Below, in pieces: positions 20,095 through 29,293 of a stretch of DNA of 64,000 nucleotides; position 1 is the stretch's first letter, and each line of letters begins with the position of its first letter. Source of the stretch: Deltaproteobacteria bacterium (GTDB lineage Bacteria; Desulfobacterota; Desulfuromonadia; Desulfuromonadales; JAAYDE01); NCBI GenBank assembly GCA_016926265.1, contig JAFGOW010000217.1:11944-75943 (forward strand). The letters are read 5' to 3'. A program made the position numbers and the translations under genes. The notes beneath the pieces are model-generated. The model worked only from the letters and a program-made list of their open reading frames with translations. It searched no databases and was not told the origin of the DNA.

Positions 20095-20132
20095 GGCGGT
20101 GGCGGGTCGGATGCCACCGCCTTCGAATTTTT
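20095..20132 (+). terminator. GC-rich hairpin plus T-tract immediately upstream of mutL (terminator or attenuator)
   Basis: GGCGGTGGC-gggtcggat-GCCACCGCC (9-bp perfect stem) followed by TTCGAATTTTT. Ends about 20 nt before the mutL ATG. Confidence 0.45.
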
Positions 20133-20152
20133 CAGCGGATGCTGATTTGATC

Positions 20153-21967
20153 ATGGCCAACCCGGTTCGCATTCTGCCCGAACAGCTTTGCAACCAGATC
20201 GCCGCCGGCGAGGTGGTCGAGCGCCCCGCTTCGGTGGTCAAGGAACTGGTAGAAAATTCCCTGGATGCCGGCGCCACCGAGGTGGTGGTCACCGTCGAAC
20301 GAGGGGGCAGTTCTCTGATCCGGGTCGAGGACGACGGAATCGGCATGAACAGGGACGATCTCTTTCTCTGCCTGGAACGCCATGCCACCAGCAAGATCGC
20401 CGAGGCCGACGATCTTTTTCGTTTGAACAGCCTCGGGTTCCGGGGCGAAGCCCTCCCATCCATTGGGGCCGTTTCGCGCCTGGTTCTTCAAAGCCGCACC
20501 CGGGATGCCTTGGAAGGTTTGTCCCTTCATGTCGAGGGGGGAACGATCAAAAAAACCCTTGCTGCCGGTATGCCGCCTGGGACCTCCGTGGAGGTCCGTA
20601 ACCTTTTTTTCAACCTCCCGGCGCGCCGCAAGTTCCTGAAAACGGATGCCACCGAATTTTCCCATATTGCCGATGTCCTGTTCCGGATGGCTCTATCCTT
20701 TCCCGGAGTGCGATTTGTTCTTCGCCACAACGGTCAGACGGTCCTCAATCTTTCCCGGTGCCGGGAACTTTCGCCAAGGGTCTTGGAACTCCTTGGGGAC
20801 CATGTATTTGCGGAGCTGACGCCGGTGCAACATATTTCGGGAGAATTGAAACTGGAGGGATTCATCGGGTCTCCCGGCCTGCATCGGGCCACCTCCGGCT
20901 CTCTTTACACCTTCGTCAATCGGCGTTTCGTTCGGGATCGCCTCATCCAGCACGCCGTCATGGGAGCTTTTCGGCATTTCCTGCCCAGGCAGCGTTATCC
21001 CATTGCCGTTATCTTTTTGGATCTTCCTTCCGAACAAGTAGATGTCAACGTTCATCCCGCCAAACGTGAAGTTCGTTTTCGGCGGGAACGGGAGGTCCAT
21101 GATTTCCTTTCCGAAACCTTGACCGGGGTACTGCGGAAGAATTCTTTTTCCCCGGCTTCCCAGGCGGGAACCGCGGTTGAAGATGAAGGCAGCCTCCCTC
21201 CAAATTCCGCTCCGGAATGGAGGGCCGAACCGCATCGGGTTTCAACGGCGCCGGAAGGCGCGAACCTTCGGACGGCCGAGGCCGCCTTTTCCTATGGGGC
21301 TGTTTTCTCGGTTGGCGGCAGCGGGGAGGAGGACTGTCCGGCACCTCCGGTCGGCTCCCAATGCCCTGCCGTTACCGGGGGCGGGCGTTTTTCGAGCATG
21401 AGGGTTCTCGGCCAATATCACCATTCCTACCTGCTGTGCCAGGAGGGGGACGATTTGGTAATCCTGGATCAGCATGCGGCCCATGAGAGAATCGGTTATG
21501 AACGACTTCGGGCGGAATTTAAGAACCAGGGGGTAGAAAAACAGGATTTGCTTTTTCCTCTGGTTTTGGAAGTGAGTTTCAGCGAGGCGGCGGTTCTGGA
21601 GCAACGGCTCGCCGAATTGGCGCAGCTGGGGTTTGACGTGGAACCTTATGGGAACCGGTCCTGCGCTCTACGAAGTTTTCCGGCGCTGCTGACATCCCAG
21701 CAGGCTGAATCGGCCCTGCGGGATGTTCTTGAGGAAATTTCCGTCATCGGCGCCGGGGACTCGATCGCCGAAGCGCTGGAGAAGGTTTTCATCCGCATGG
21801 CCTGCCATGGCATGGTGCGCGCCAATCAACCCCTGACCTCCCTGGAGATGAAAGCCCTTCTGACGGCCCTCGACCATTGCGATTTCAATTCACATTGTCC
21901 TCACGGGAGGCCGGTCTTGAGGCGTTTTGCCCTCGCAGAGATTGAGGGTATGTTTCAACGGACCTGA
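20153..21967 (+). CDS. mutL: DNA mismatch repair endonuclease MutL
   Basis: MANPVRILPEQLCNQIAAGEVVERPASVVKELVENSLDAG is the GHKL ATPase signature. Start set at the internal ATG of ORF 20099..21967. Confidence 0.93.
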   Translation: MANPVRILPEQLCNQIAAGEVVERPASVVKELVENSLDAGATEVVVTVERGGSSLIRVEDDGIGMNRDDLFLCLERHATSKIAEADDLFRLNSLGFRGEALPSIGAVSRLVLQSRTRDALEGLSLHVEGGTIKKTLAAGMPPGTSVEVRNLFFNLPARRKFLKTDATEFSHIADVLFRMALSFPGVRFVLRHNGQTVLNLSRCRELSPRVLELLGDHVFAELTPVQHISGELKLEGFIGSPGLHRATSGSLYTFVNRRFVRDRLIQHAVMGAFRHFLPRQRYPIAVIFLDLPSEQVDVNVHPAKREVRFRREREVHDFLSETLTGVLRKNSFSPASQAGTAVEDEGSLPPNSAPEWRAEPHRVSTAPEGANLRTAEAAFSYGAVFSVGGSGEEDCPAPPVGSQCPAVTGGGRFSSMRVLGQYHHSYLLCQEGDDLVILDQHAAHERIGYERLRAEFKNQGVEKQDLLFPLVLEVSFSEAAVLEQRLAELAQLGFDVEPYGNRSCALRSFPALLTSQQAESALRDVLEEISVIGAGDSIAEALEKVFIRMACHGMVRANQPLTSLEMKALLTALDHCDFNSHCPHGRPVLRRFALAEIEGMFQRT

Positions 21968-21969
21968 CC

Positions 21970-22917
21970 ATGTCCTCGGAATCCCTTGAAATCCGGCTTC
22001 CGCTTATTGTCATCGTCGGTCCCACCGCTTCGGGAAAGACCGCTTTAGCATTGCGCCTGGCCCGTTATTTCGATCTGGAGGTGATTTCCGCCGATTCCCG
22101 CCAGGTTTATCTGGATATGGAGATCGGCACCGCCAAACCGACCGCCGAGGAACGGGGGCTGGTCCCTCACCACCTCCTGGACCTCGTTCGGCCCGATCAG
22201 GAATTTTCGGTTCTTCATTTTGAAAGGCTCGGGAAAAAAGCCGTTTCGGAAATTCGCTGCCGGGGTCGGCTCCCATTTCTGGTCGGGGGGACGGGTCTCT
22301 ACATCAAGGCCCTGACCGATGGGCTGCTGAAAGCTCCCTCCGCAGATCCCGAACTTCGGCGGGAACTGCTGGCCATGGAACAGGAAAATGGCGAGGGAAC
22401 CCTGTACCGGTATCTTTGCCGGGTGGACCCGGCCTTGGCTGGCCGTCTTTTCCCAAAGGATCTTGTAAGAGTGATGCGTGGTCTCGAGGTCTTTCTCCAG
22501 AGCGGTCGCACCTTGTCCGATCTCCAAGGGGAGCACGGGTTCGGAAACGGGGCTTTTCGGATCCTAAAGCTGGGGATCGCCTGGGAACGGGAACAGCTTT
22601 ACCGGAGGATTAATCAACGGGTGGACGCGATGCTGGCAGCGGGGCTGATCGAAGAGACTCGGGGGCTTCTCCGGAAAGGGTATTCCCCCCGCCTCAGGGC
22701 CCTGCAGGCTCTCGGCTATCGGGAAGCCGTTCTCCACCTGGATGGAGCCATGTCCCTGGAAAAGTTGCGTGAGACCATGCAACGGGAAACCAGGCGTTAC
22801 GCCAAACGGCAGATGACCTGGTTCCGGAAGGATAAATCCGTGGTGTGGCTTGATTCCCAGAAAGAGTTTGATAAAATGTTGCCATTAATTGAGAAGTTTA
22901 ATTTGAATGCCACTTAG
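21970..22917 (+). CDS. miaA: tRNA dimethylallyltransferase
   Basis: P-loop IVGPTASGKTALA, plus ISADSRQVY and DIGTAKP-like motifs. mutL-miaA-hfq synteny. Confidence 0.93.
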   Translation: MSSESLEIRLPLIVIVGPTASGKTALALRLARYFDLEVISADSRQVYLDMEIGTAKPTAEERGLVPHHLLDLVRPDQEFSVLHFERLGKKAVSEIRCRGRLPFLVGGTGLYIKALTDGLLKAPSADPELRRELLAMEQENGEGTLYRYLCRVDPALAGRLFPKDLVRVMRGLEVFLQSGRTLSDLQGEHGFGNGAFRILKLGIAWEREQLYRRINQRVDAMLAAGLIEETRGLLRKGYSPRLRALQALGYREAVLHLDGAMSLEKLRETMQRETRRYAKRQMTWFRKDKSVVWLDSQKEFDKMLPLIEKFNLNAT

Positions 22918-22933
22918 GACACAAGGAGCGGAA

Positions 22934-23167
22934 ATGGCCAGGACCCCTTTTAACATTCAGGATCAATATCTCAATCAGGCTCGCAAGGAGCGGATCCATG
23001 TAGTGGTTGTCATGATGTCGGGTGAAAGGCTGGAGGGGTTTATTAAATCCTTCGACAATTTTTGCCTTTTGATCGAAGGCAAAGGAGATATCCTGCTCTA
23101 TAAACATGCCATTTCCTCCATCACCTCATCCAATGGCTCTTTTCGCCTTTACAGCACCAAGGAATAG
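22934..23167 (+). CDS. hfq: RNA chaperone Hfq
   Basis: NIQDQYLNQARKE, Sm1/Sm2 motifs, YKHAISSI. Start at the internal ATG (MARTPF). Confidence 0.93.
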   Translation: MARTPFNIQDQYLNQARKERIHVVVVMMSGERLEGFIKSFDNFCLLIEGKGDILLYKHAISSITSSNGSFRLYSTKE

Positions 23168-23546
23168 CGGGACTTCGAACAGGTCGCTGAAAAGCCGCAG
23201 CTTTACTTCCATACCGCAAGGCGCAAGATTTTTCGAGGGTTTCTTTGCGGTTGAAAAGGCTTGCGATTTTTAGAACCCTTGTGGTGCGCCCAAGCGTGCC
23301 GCTTGTCGTTTTCTGCCGCGGGTTGAGACCGGGTTTCCCGTTGGAGCCACGTTGGAATATTGTTCCTTTTTTGGGGGGTGAGTGGTCTTCCGGGTCATTC
23401 CTCCTGTTCTCGTGGTTTCCGCTATCCTTGCCTATCCCTGGGCCCGGGTTTTTGATCGCAACTTCAGGAACCCGTTTCCCCATGGAGGGTTCCGGTGCGA
23501 CAAGGATGGGGGCGGCGGACCGGGGATCGGTTAGAGAGAAACCGTC

Positions 23547-24185
23547 ATGATTGAAGGGATGACGCTCCCCAATTTTCTGACCCTCGCCAGGATTTTCCTG
23601 GCTCCATCCTTTCTGATCGCCGTGATCTATCACTATTACCTCGGCGCTTTCATTCTTTTTGCGCTGGCGGGAATAACCGATTTCCTGGATGGTTTTCTCG
23701 CCCGCCGCCTCAATCAGTATTCTCAGTTGGGCACCTTTCTGGACCCCATCGCCGACAAAATCCTGATGACGGTTTCCTACGCCGTTCTCGCCGCTGTCGG
23801 TCTGATCCCGGCCTGGCTGGCGGTGGTGGTAATTTCCAAGGACTTCTTCATTTGTGTTGGAGCCGCGGTTCTTTACTTCATTCAGGGGGAAGTGAATCCG
23901 CTTCCCTCCCCCTGGGGGAAACAGACCACTTTTCTTCAGATCGTCACCGTTGGTGTTGTTCTCCTTCCCGTAGCTGAAGATGCCGCCGCCCTGATCGCTC
24001 CCTGGCTATTCTGGGGAACCGGTGTGTTGACCATCTTTTCCGGGGTTCAATACATTGTCGAAGGGATTATCGCGCTGCCCCCCTCCAAGCCTCTGGAAAA
24101 AGAAATGGGGCGCCGCAAAAACAACAGATCCCTCATTTTAAGAAGGCGGCTGGGCCGAAAGGCCGGTGTCACGGAAGAAATTTAG
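23547..24185 (+). CDS. pgsA: CDP-alcohol phosphatidyltransferase (PgsA-like)
   Basis: DGFLARRLNQYSQLGTFLDPIADK matches the D-G-x2-A-R-x8-G-x3-D-x3-D motif. Multiple TM helices. Confidence 0.85.
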   Translation: MIEGMTLPNFLTLARIFLAPSFLIAVIYHYYLGAFILFALAGITDFLDGFLARRLNQYSQLGTFLDPIADKILMTVSYAVLAAVGLIPAWLAVVVISKDFFICVGAAVLYFIQGEVNPLPSPWGKQTTFLQIVTVGVVLLPVAEDAAALIAPWLFWGTGVLTIFSGVQYIVEGIIALPPSKPLEKEMGRRKNNRSLILRRRLGRKAGVTEEI

Positions 24186-24213
24186 CCTTTGAGAAGATGA
24201 TCGCCAAAGGATC

Positions 24214-25641
24214 ATGGGAATGGATGAAATAAAATTCGGAACCTCGGGCTGGCGGGGGATAATCGCCAAAGATTTCACCTTTGCCAACGTCCGGATCGTG
24301 GTCCGGGCCATTGCCGATCATCTTCTCTGCCGCGCCGACGGAAACGGGGAAGTCGTCATCGGGCACGACAACCGTTTCATGGGAGAGGAATTCGCCCGCG
24401 AAGCGGCAGGCGTTCTGGCCGCCGCAGGCATCAAATCGTGCCTTTGCCGGTCCGGTGTCCCCACCCCCGTCATCGCCTTTGAAATTCTCCGCCGACAGCT
24501 GCCCGGGGGCATCAATTTTACCGCCAGCCACAATCCGGCCCCATACCAGGGGATCAAATTTTCCCCCGAATGGGGAGGACCGGCTCTGCCGGCCACCACT
24601 TCCGATCTGGAAGACAGGATCAAGAAACTGCAAAAGGAATCCTCCGTTCCGTTTCTCCCTTTCGAACAAGCCCTCCATAAAGGGTGGGTCCGGGAAATCG
24701 ACCCCAGCGGTCCCTATCGGGAACGTTTGAAACAGCTTGTCGATATCGGGGCCATCGCCGCAGCGGGCCTCAAGGTGGCCTTCAATCCCCTGTTCGGGGT
24801 CGGGCAGGGGTTTCTGGATGGGCTGTTGCGCGATGCCGGAGTCGAGGTCGTCACCGTCAACAACCGTCCGGACCCCCTTTTCGGTGGGCATCCCCCCGAA
24901 CCGGCGCCCGATACCATGGCTGACTTCATCGCCCTCGTGAAGGGGGACCCCTGCCTTCAGCTCGGGCTGGCCACGGATGGCGATGCCGACCGTTACGGCG
25001 TCGTGGACCGGGATGGAACCTTCATTGAACCCAACTATATTCTGCCGCTGTTGTTCGATTATCTGATCCGGCGGCGCGGCGTTCGAAAAGCAGCCGCCAG
25101 AACCGTGGCGACTTCCCATTTTCTCGATGCAGTGGGGCGGCATCACGGAGTTCAAGTCCACGAAACGGCGGTCGGGTTCAAATATATCGGGGAATTGATC
25201 CGGGACGAACGGATTCTCATCGGAGGCGAAGAGAGCGCCGGTCTCTCCATTGAAGGGCATATCCCCGAAAAGGACGGCATTCTGGCCTGTTTGCTGGTGG
25301 CGGAGATGGTGGCGGTTGAGAGAAAATCCCTCGGCGAACTCCTTGCCGATCTCTATCGGAGGGTGGGCAGTTTTTACACGCGCCGGGTCAATATCCGTCT
25401 TAACCCGGAGTTGCAGCGGGCGCTGAAAGAGAAGTTGGCCACCCCCCCATCGGTTCTGGCCGGCAAGAAGGTGGCTCGGCACGTCACCCTCGATGGCAGT
25501 AAATTTCTGTTTGAGGACGGAACCTGGATTCTGTACCGACTGTCCGGTACCGAACCGGTGGTCCGAACCTATGTGGAGGCCTTCAGTCTCGACGAATTGG
25601 AACGGATGGCCACGGAGGCGGTCGGTTTCATTTCGGGCTGA
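24214..25641 (+). CDS. Phosphoglucomutase/phosphomannomutase family protein
   Basis: Phosphoserine loop TASHNPAPYQGIK, Mg site GLATDGDADR, sugar loop GGEESAG. Confidence 0.88.
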   Translation: MGMDEIKFGTSGWRGIIAKDFTFANVRIVVRAIADHLLCRADGNGEVVIGHDNRFMGEEFAREAAGVLAAAGIKSCLCRSGVPTPVIAFEILRRQLPGGINFTASHNPAPYQGIKFSPEWGGPALPATTSDLEDRIKKLQKESSVPFLPFEQALHKGWVREIDPSGPYRERLKQLVDIGAIAAAGLKVAFNPLFGVGQGFLDGLLRDAGVEVVTVNNRPDPLFGGHPPEPAPDTMADFIALVKGDPCLQLGLATDGDADRYGVVDRDGTFIEPNYILPLLFDYLIRRRGVRKAAARTVATSHFLDAVGRHHGVQVHETAVGFKYIGELIRDERILIGGEESAGLSIEGHIPEKDGILACLLVAEMVAVERKSLGELLADLYRRVGSFYTRRVNIRLNPELQRALKEKLATPPSVLAGKKVARHVTLDGSKFLFEDGTWILYRLSGTEPVVRTYVEAFSLDELERMATEAVGFISG

Positions 25642-25689
25642 AATCCGGAGAGAAGCGGGAGATTGACGGGAGGCACCGCAGTTTCCTTT

Positions 25690-26370
25690 TTAAAACGGGG
25701 GAGGACTGGGGTTCCAGGACGGCCTTATCCCTCCCTCCCAAAGGCGGGCGAGAAACTCCTCGCGGCTGATCTGTCGGGCTCCCAACGATGCCAGATGGAT
25801 GGAGAAGAGCTGGCAATCGAGAAGTTGGTAGCCTCCATGGGTCAGGCGCTCCATAAGATGAAACAGGGCCACCTTGGAAGCGTCGGTGGCCCGATGGAAC
25901 ATCGATTCCCCAAAGAAGCATTTTCCCAGGACGACCCCGTAGATTCCCCCGGCCAGCGCCCCATCCCGCCAACACTCCACGGAATGCGCGAATCCCTTTT
26001 CGAAAAGGCGGTTATAGCCAGCGGCCATTTCGGGAGTGATCCAGGTGCCCTCCTGATCTTTGCGGGGAGTCGTTGCACAGGCGTCGACAACCTCACGAAA
26101 GGCCCCGTCGAAGGTGACGATGAAGGTTTTTTGGCGGATGGTCCGCGCCAGCCTTCGGGAGACCTTCAATCGGTCAGGCTCCAGGATGGTCCGCTGCGGC
26201 GGCGACCACCAAAGGATGGGAGGGGCTTCGTACCAGGGGAAAATGCCCATGGAATAGGCGAGCAGAAGCCGCTCCGGGGAGAGATCGCCGCCGACGGCCA
26301 AAAGCCCATCGGGCTCGGAGAGGCGGGGAGGCGGGAAAAGCAGGCGCTGATGGAGCCTGAAAATGGGCAT
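25690..26370 (-). CDS. aat: Leucyl/phenylalanyl-tRNA--protein transferase
   Basis: GLLAVGGDLSPERLLLAYSMGIFPWY signature. Downstream of clpA. Confidence 0.9.
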   Translation of the reverse strand: MPIFRLHQRLLFPPPRLSEPDGLLAVGGDLSPERLLLAYSMGIFPWYEAPPILWWSPPQRTILEPDRLKVSRRLARTIRQKTFIVTFDGAFREVVDACATTPRKDQEGTWITPEMAAGYNRLFEKGFAHSVECWRDGALAGGIYGVVLGKCFFGESMFHRATDASKVALFHLMERLTHGGYQLLDCQLFSIHLASLGARQISREEFLARLWEGGIRPSWNPSPPPF

Positions 26371-26406
26371 GGCCTGTCGTCAGAACGGCGAGGGTCGGCA
26401 GCAGAA

Positions 26407-28653
26407 TCAGGAGTAATGGAACGCGAGGGCATCCCCTTCCAGAGCGACCCGCACCGTTCCCCCTTTTTTGAGGCTGCCGAACAGGATCTGCGACGCGATG
26501 GCGTCGCTGATTTGGCTTTGGATGAAACGCCCCAGCGGGCGGGCTCCGAACAAAGGATCGAAACCGTTGCGGGCGATCTGTTTTTTTGCTGCGGCGCTGA
26601 CTTCGAGGACGACGTTTTTGTTTTTGAGCCGACCCGCCAATTCCTCAAGGAATTTATCGACGATGCGGCCCATGGTCCGTTCCGAAAGGGGTTGGAAAGA
26701 GATAACGGCGTCGAGCCGATTGCGGAATTCCGGCGAAAAGGCTTTTTCGACGGCCTGTTTGGGAGCGGCCGGCGGCGTGTCTCCGAAACCGATCGGTTTG
26801 ACGCTCAGGCCCCGCGCTCCCACGTTGCTGGTCATGATCAGGATGATGTTGCGGAAATCGGCGTTTTTGCCGTTGTTGTCGGTCAATGTGGCGTGATCCA
26901 TGACCTGGAGCAGAATGTTGAACAGATCGGGATGGGCTTTTTCAATCTCGTCCAGCAACAGGACGGCATTGGGATTTTTCAGCACCGCTTCCGTGAGCAA
27001 TCCCCCTTGATCGAAGCCGACATAGCCTGGCGGGGCGCCGATCAGGCGTGCGACCGAATGTTTCTCCATGTATTCGCTCATGTCGAAACGGAGGAAGGGT
27101 ATCCCCAATTGTTCCGCCAACTGACGGGCCACCTCCGTTTTTCCGACTCCGGTGGGCCCGGTGAAGAGGAAGGAGCCGACCGGTTTTTCGGGGTGGCCGA
27201 GACCGGCCCGCCCCCGCAGGACCGCCTGGTTGAGGATGCCGATGGCCTGGTCCTGGCCGAAGATGACCTTTTTAAGATCGCGGGCCAAAGTTTTCAGCCT
27301 GAGGCGTTCCGAAGCGGAAACGGTCCTCATCGGAATCCGCGCCATCCGGCAGATCACCTTTTCGATATCCTTCAGATCGATGGTCTTTTTGCCCTGGTGG
27401 TGGATGCGGGCGAAGGAGCCGGCTTCGTCGATGACGTCGATGGCCTTGTCCGGAAGAAAACGATGGTTGATGAAACGGGCCGAGAGTTCGGCGGCCCCCA
27501 ACAGAGCCTCGGGCCGATAACGGACCCCGTGGTGCTTTTCGTAAAAGCATTTTAGACCTTTCAGGATTTCGCGGGTCTCTTCCACGGTCGGCTCGGGAAC
27601 ATCGATTTTCTGGAATCTTCGGGACAGCGCCCGGTCTTTTTCAAAGTGATTGCGGTATTCCTCGTAGGTGGTGGCGCCGATACAGCGGATCTCCCCGGAG
27701 GCCAGCACCGGCTTGAGGATATTGGCCGCATCGAGCGACCCGCCGCTGACCGCTCCGGCGCCGATGATGGTATGGATCTCATCGATGAAAAGGATGACAT
27801 TTTCCTTGGTTTTCAACTGGTTGATGACGGCCTTGAGGCGTTCTTCGAAATCCCCGCGGTATTTGGTCCCCGCCAGCATGGCCCCCAAGTCAAGGGCATA
27901 CATCTCGGAATCGAACAGCAGTTCGGGAACCTCGCGGCGGTGGATCATGCGGGCCAGACCCTCTGCCAAGGCGGTTTTGCCGACGCCGGGATTGCCGACG
28001 AAGATGGGGTTGTTCTTGGAACGGCGGCACAGCACCTGGACGGCCCGTTCCAATTCCTCGCAGCGCCCGATGAGCGGGTCGATCTTTCCGAGGGCGGCTT
28101 TCTCAATCAGATCCACGGTAAAATGCTTGAGGGGATCGGTCTTTGGCGACGCTTCACAGGGCCGGCCGGAGTCGGATTCAGGAGGGCCGTCATCCGGTTC
28201 CTGGCCTTCCGGCACCTTGCGAATGCTGTGTGAAATGAAATTCAGGACATCCAGACGGCTGACTCCCAGGAGGGTCAGGAAATAGGCGGAATGGGAATTT
28301 TTTTCCTCCAAAATGGCCTGCAGGATGTCGCCGATGGTGATTTCTTTCTGGCCGGAGGCCTGGAAATGGATGATGGTCCGCTGCAGGATCCGTTGCAGAC
28401 CGACGGTCTGTTCCGGGATCGACTCCTCCTTTCCGCAGATGGCGGCCAACTGGGTATCGAAATAGTCTTCCAGGAGTTTTTTGAGATCCGAGGGGCTGGC
28501 CCCACAGGCGTCGATGATTTTTTCACCCATGTGGCTGTGGGCGATGGCATAGAGGATATGTTCGGAGGTCAGGTATTCATGGCGGCGTTTCTGCGCCTCG
28601 TAAATGGCTCTGGAAAAAGCTTCCTGGACATCGATACTGAAAAGCATGGTCAT
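26407..28653 (-). CDS. clpA: ATP-dependent Clp protease ATP-binding subunit ClpA
   Basis: 748 aa. N-domain repeats and two AAA+ modules (GNPGVGKTA; GPTGVGKTE). Confidence 0.95.
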   Translation of the reverse strand: MTMLFSIDVQEAFSRAIYEAQKRRHEYLTSEHILYAIAHSHMGEKIIDACGASPSDLKKLLEDYFDTQLAAICGKEESIPEQTVGLQRILQRTIIHFQASGQKEITIGDILQAILEEKNSHSAYFLTLLGVSRLDVLNFISHSIRKVPEGQEPDDGPPESDSGRPCEASPKTDPLKHFTVDLIEKAALGKIDPLIGRCEELERAVQVLCRRSKNNPIFVGNPGVGKTALAEGLARMIHRREVPELLFDSEMYALDLGAMLAGTKYRGDFEERLKAVINQLKTKENVILFIDEIHTIIGAGAVSGGSLDAANILKPVLASGEIRCIGATTYEEYRNHFEKDRALSRRFQKIDVPEPTVEETREILKGLKCFYEKHHGVRYRPEALLGAAELSARFINHRFLPDKAIDVIDEAGSFARIHHQGKKTIDLKDIEKVICRMARIPMRTVSASERLRLKTLARDLKKVIFGQDQAIGILNQAVLRGRAGLGHPEKPVGSFLFTGPTGVGKTEVARQLAEQLGIPFLRFDMSEYMEKHSVARLIGAPPGYVGFDQGGLLTEAVLKNPNAVLLLDEIEKAHPDLFNILLQVMDHATLTDNNGKNADFRNIILIMTSNVGARGLSVKPIGFGDTPPAAPKQAVEKAFSPEFRNRLDAVISFQPLSERTMGRIVDKFLEELAGRLKNKNVVLEVSAAAKKQIARNGFDPLFGARPLGRFIQSQISDAIASQILFGSLKKGGTVRVALEGDALAFHYS

Positions 28654-28964
28654 GTTTCCTTTAGGCTACAGCGGAGTGGAAAACCGGCCTCCCGTGCCAT
28701 GGAATGAACCTGAGAGACCTTGGTTTCGGCGATTTCAAAGGGGTAGGTGCCACACAACCCCTTTCCCTGGGTGTGGACGTTGAACATGATGCGGTTGGCC
28801 TCCGAAAGAGGCTTGGAAAATATCTTTTGCAAAACTTCGACCACAAATTGCATGGTGGTGTAATCGTCGTTGTGCATTAGCACATGAAACAGCGGCGGCG
28901 GCCTCAGCGCCGTGCGGCTTTTCTGCTGAGTTTGCGATTTCCCGAATGTTCCGCTAGACCCCAT
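28650..28964 (-). CDS. clpS: ATP-dependent Clp protease adaptor ClpS
   Basis: LFHVLMHNDDYTTMQFVVEVL core. Start placed at the internal ATG (MGSSGTF) of ORF 28650..29123. ATGA overlap with clpA. Confidence 0.87.
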   Translation of the reverse strand: MGSSGTFGKSQTQQKSRTALRPPPLFHVLMHNDDYTTMQFVVEVLQKIFSKPLSEANRIMFNVHTQGKGLCGTYPFEIAETKVSQVHSMAREAGFPLRCSLKET

Positions 28965-29293
28965 CCCCGACCTCCAGCAGCTGACGATTTTCCATGATTC
29001 GATCTTAACATATCGCCGCCGCCATTTCCAAGGAGGGGACGGGGGGACCCCCGAAAGCAGGGATTTCAAACCCACTTGTGTTATAGTGTGAAAAAACTTT
29101 TTAAGCTGGCTGAAAATGGGCACCGAGGGTCCTTATGCGGCCCGGCTGGTTTTTCCCACCGGGCCCATATTCTCAGAAATACAGGCCCTTTTCACAATCC
29201 TGGCACTTTGCCAAAGAATAAAAGCTGCTGATTTCCGGCAGCTTTAAGAAACCGCTGTCCGGAGCATTTGATCCGGGAAGGGAAGGAGATTGG

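Noticed and set aside
23161-23225. GTTCGAAGTCCC on the minus strand, resembling a tRNA/tmRNA T-arm, just after hfq
   Set aside because: The adjacent bases are not complementary, so there is no 5-bp T-stem. No acceptor stem or CCA context could be built.
23245-23550. 101-aa plus-strand ORF, and a 120-170-aa hydrophilic minus-strand ORF (23121-23633), in the hfq-pgsA gap
   Set aside because: Both have odd composition: one is Phe/Leu/Pro-rich, the other is disordered and Gly/Lys/Asn/Pro-rich. Neither has motifs. The minus-strand ORF would overlap both hfq and pgsA. The region is kept as a non-coding finding instead.
25663-27555. 630-aa ORF on the plus strand spanning aat and clpA
   Set aside because: It is antisense to two genes with unmistakable family signatures. 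Its translation is low-complexity (Gly/Arg/Pro/Asp-rich) with no recognisable motifs. Long stop-free antisense frames are expected in GC3-rich coding DNA.
29199-29216. TGGCAC motif suggesting a sigma54 promoter upstream of hflK
   Set aside because: The required GC at the -12 position (GG-N10-GC spacing) is absent. The sequence reads TGGCACTTTGCCAAA.
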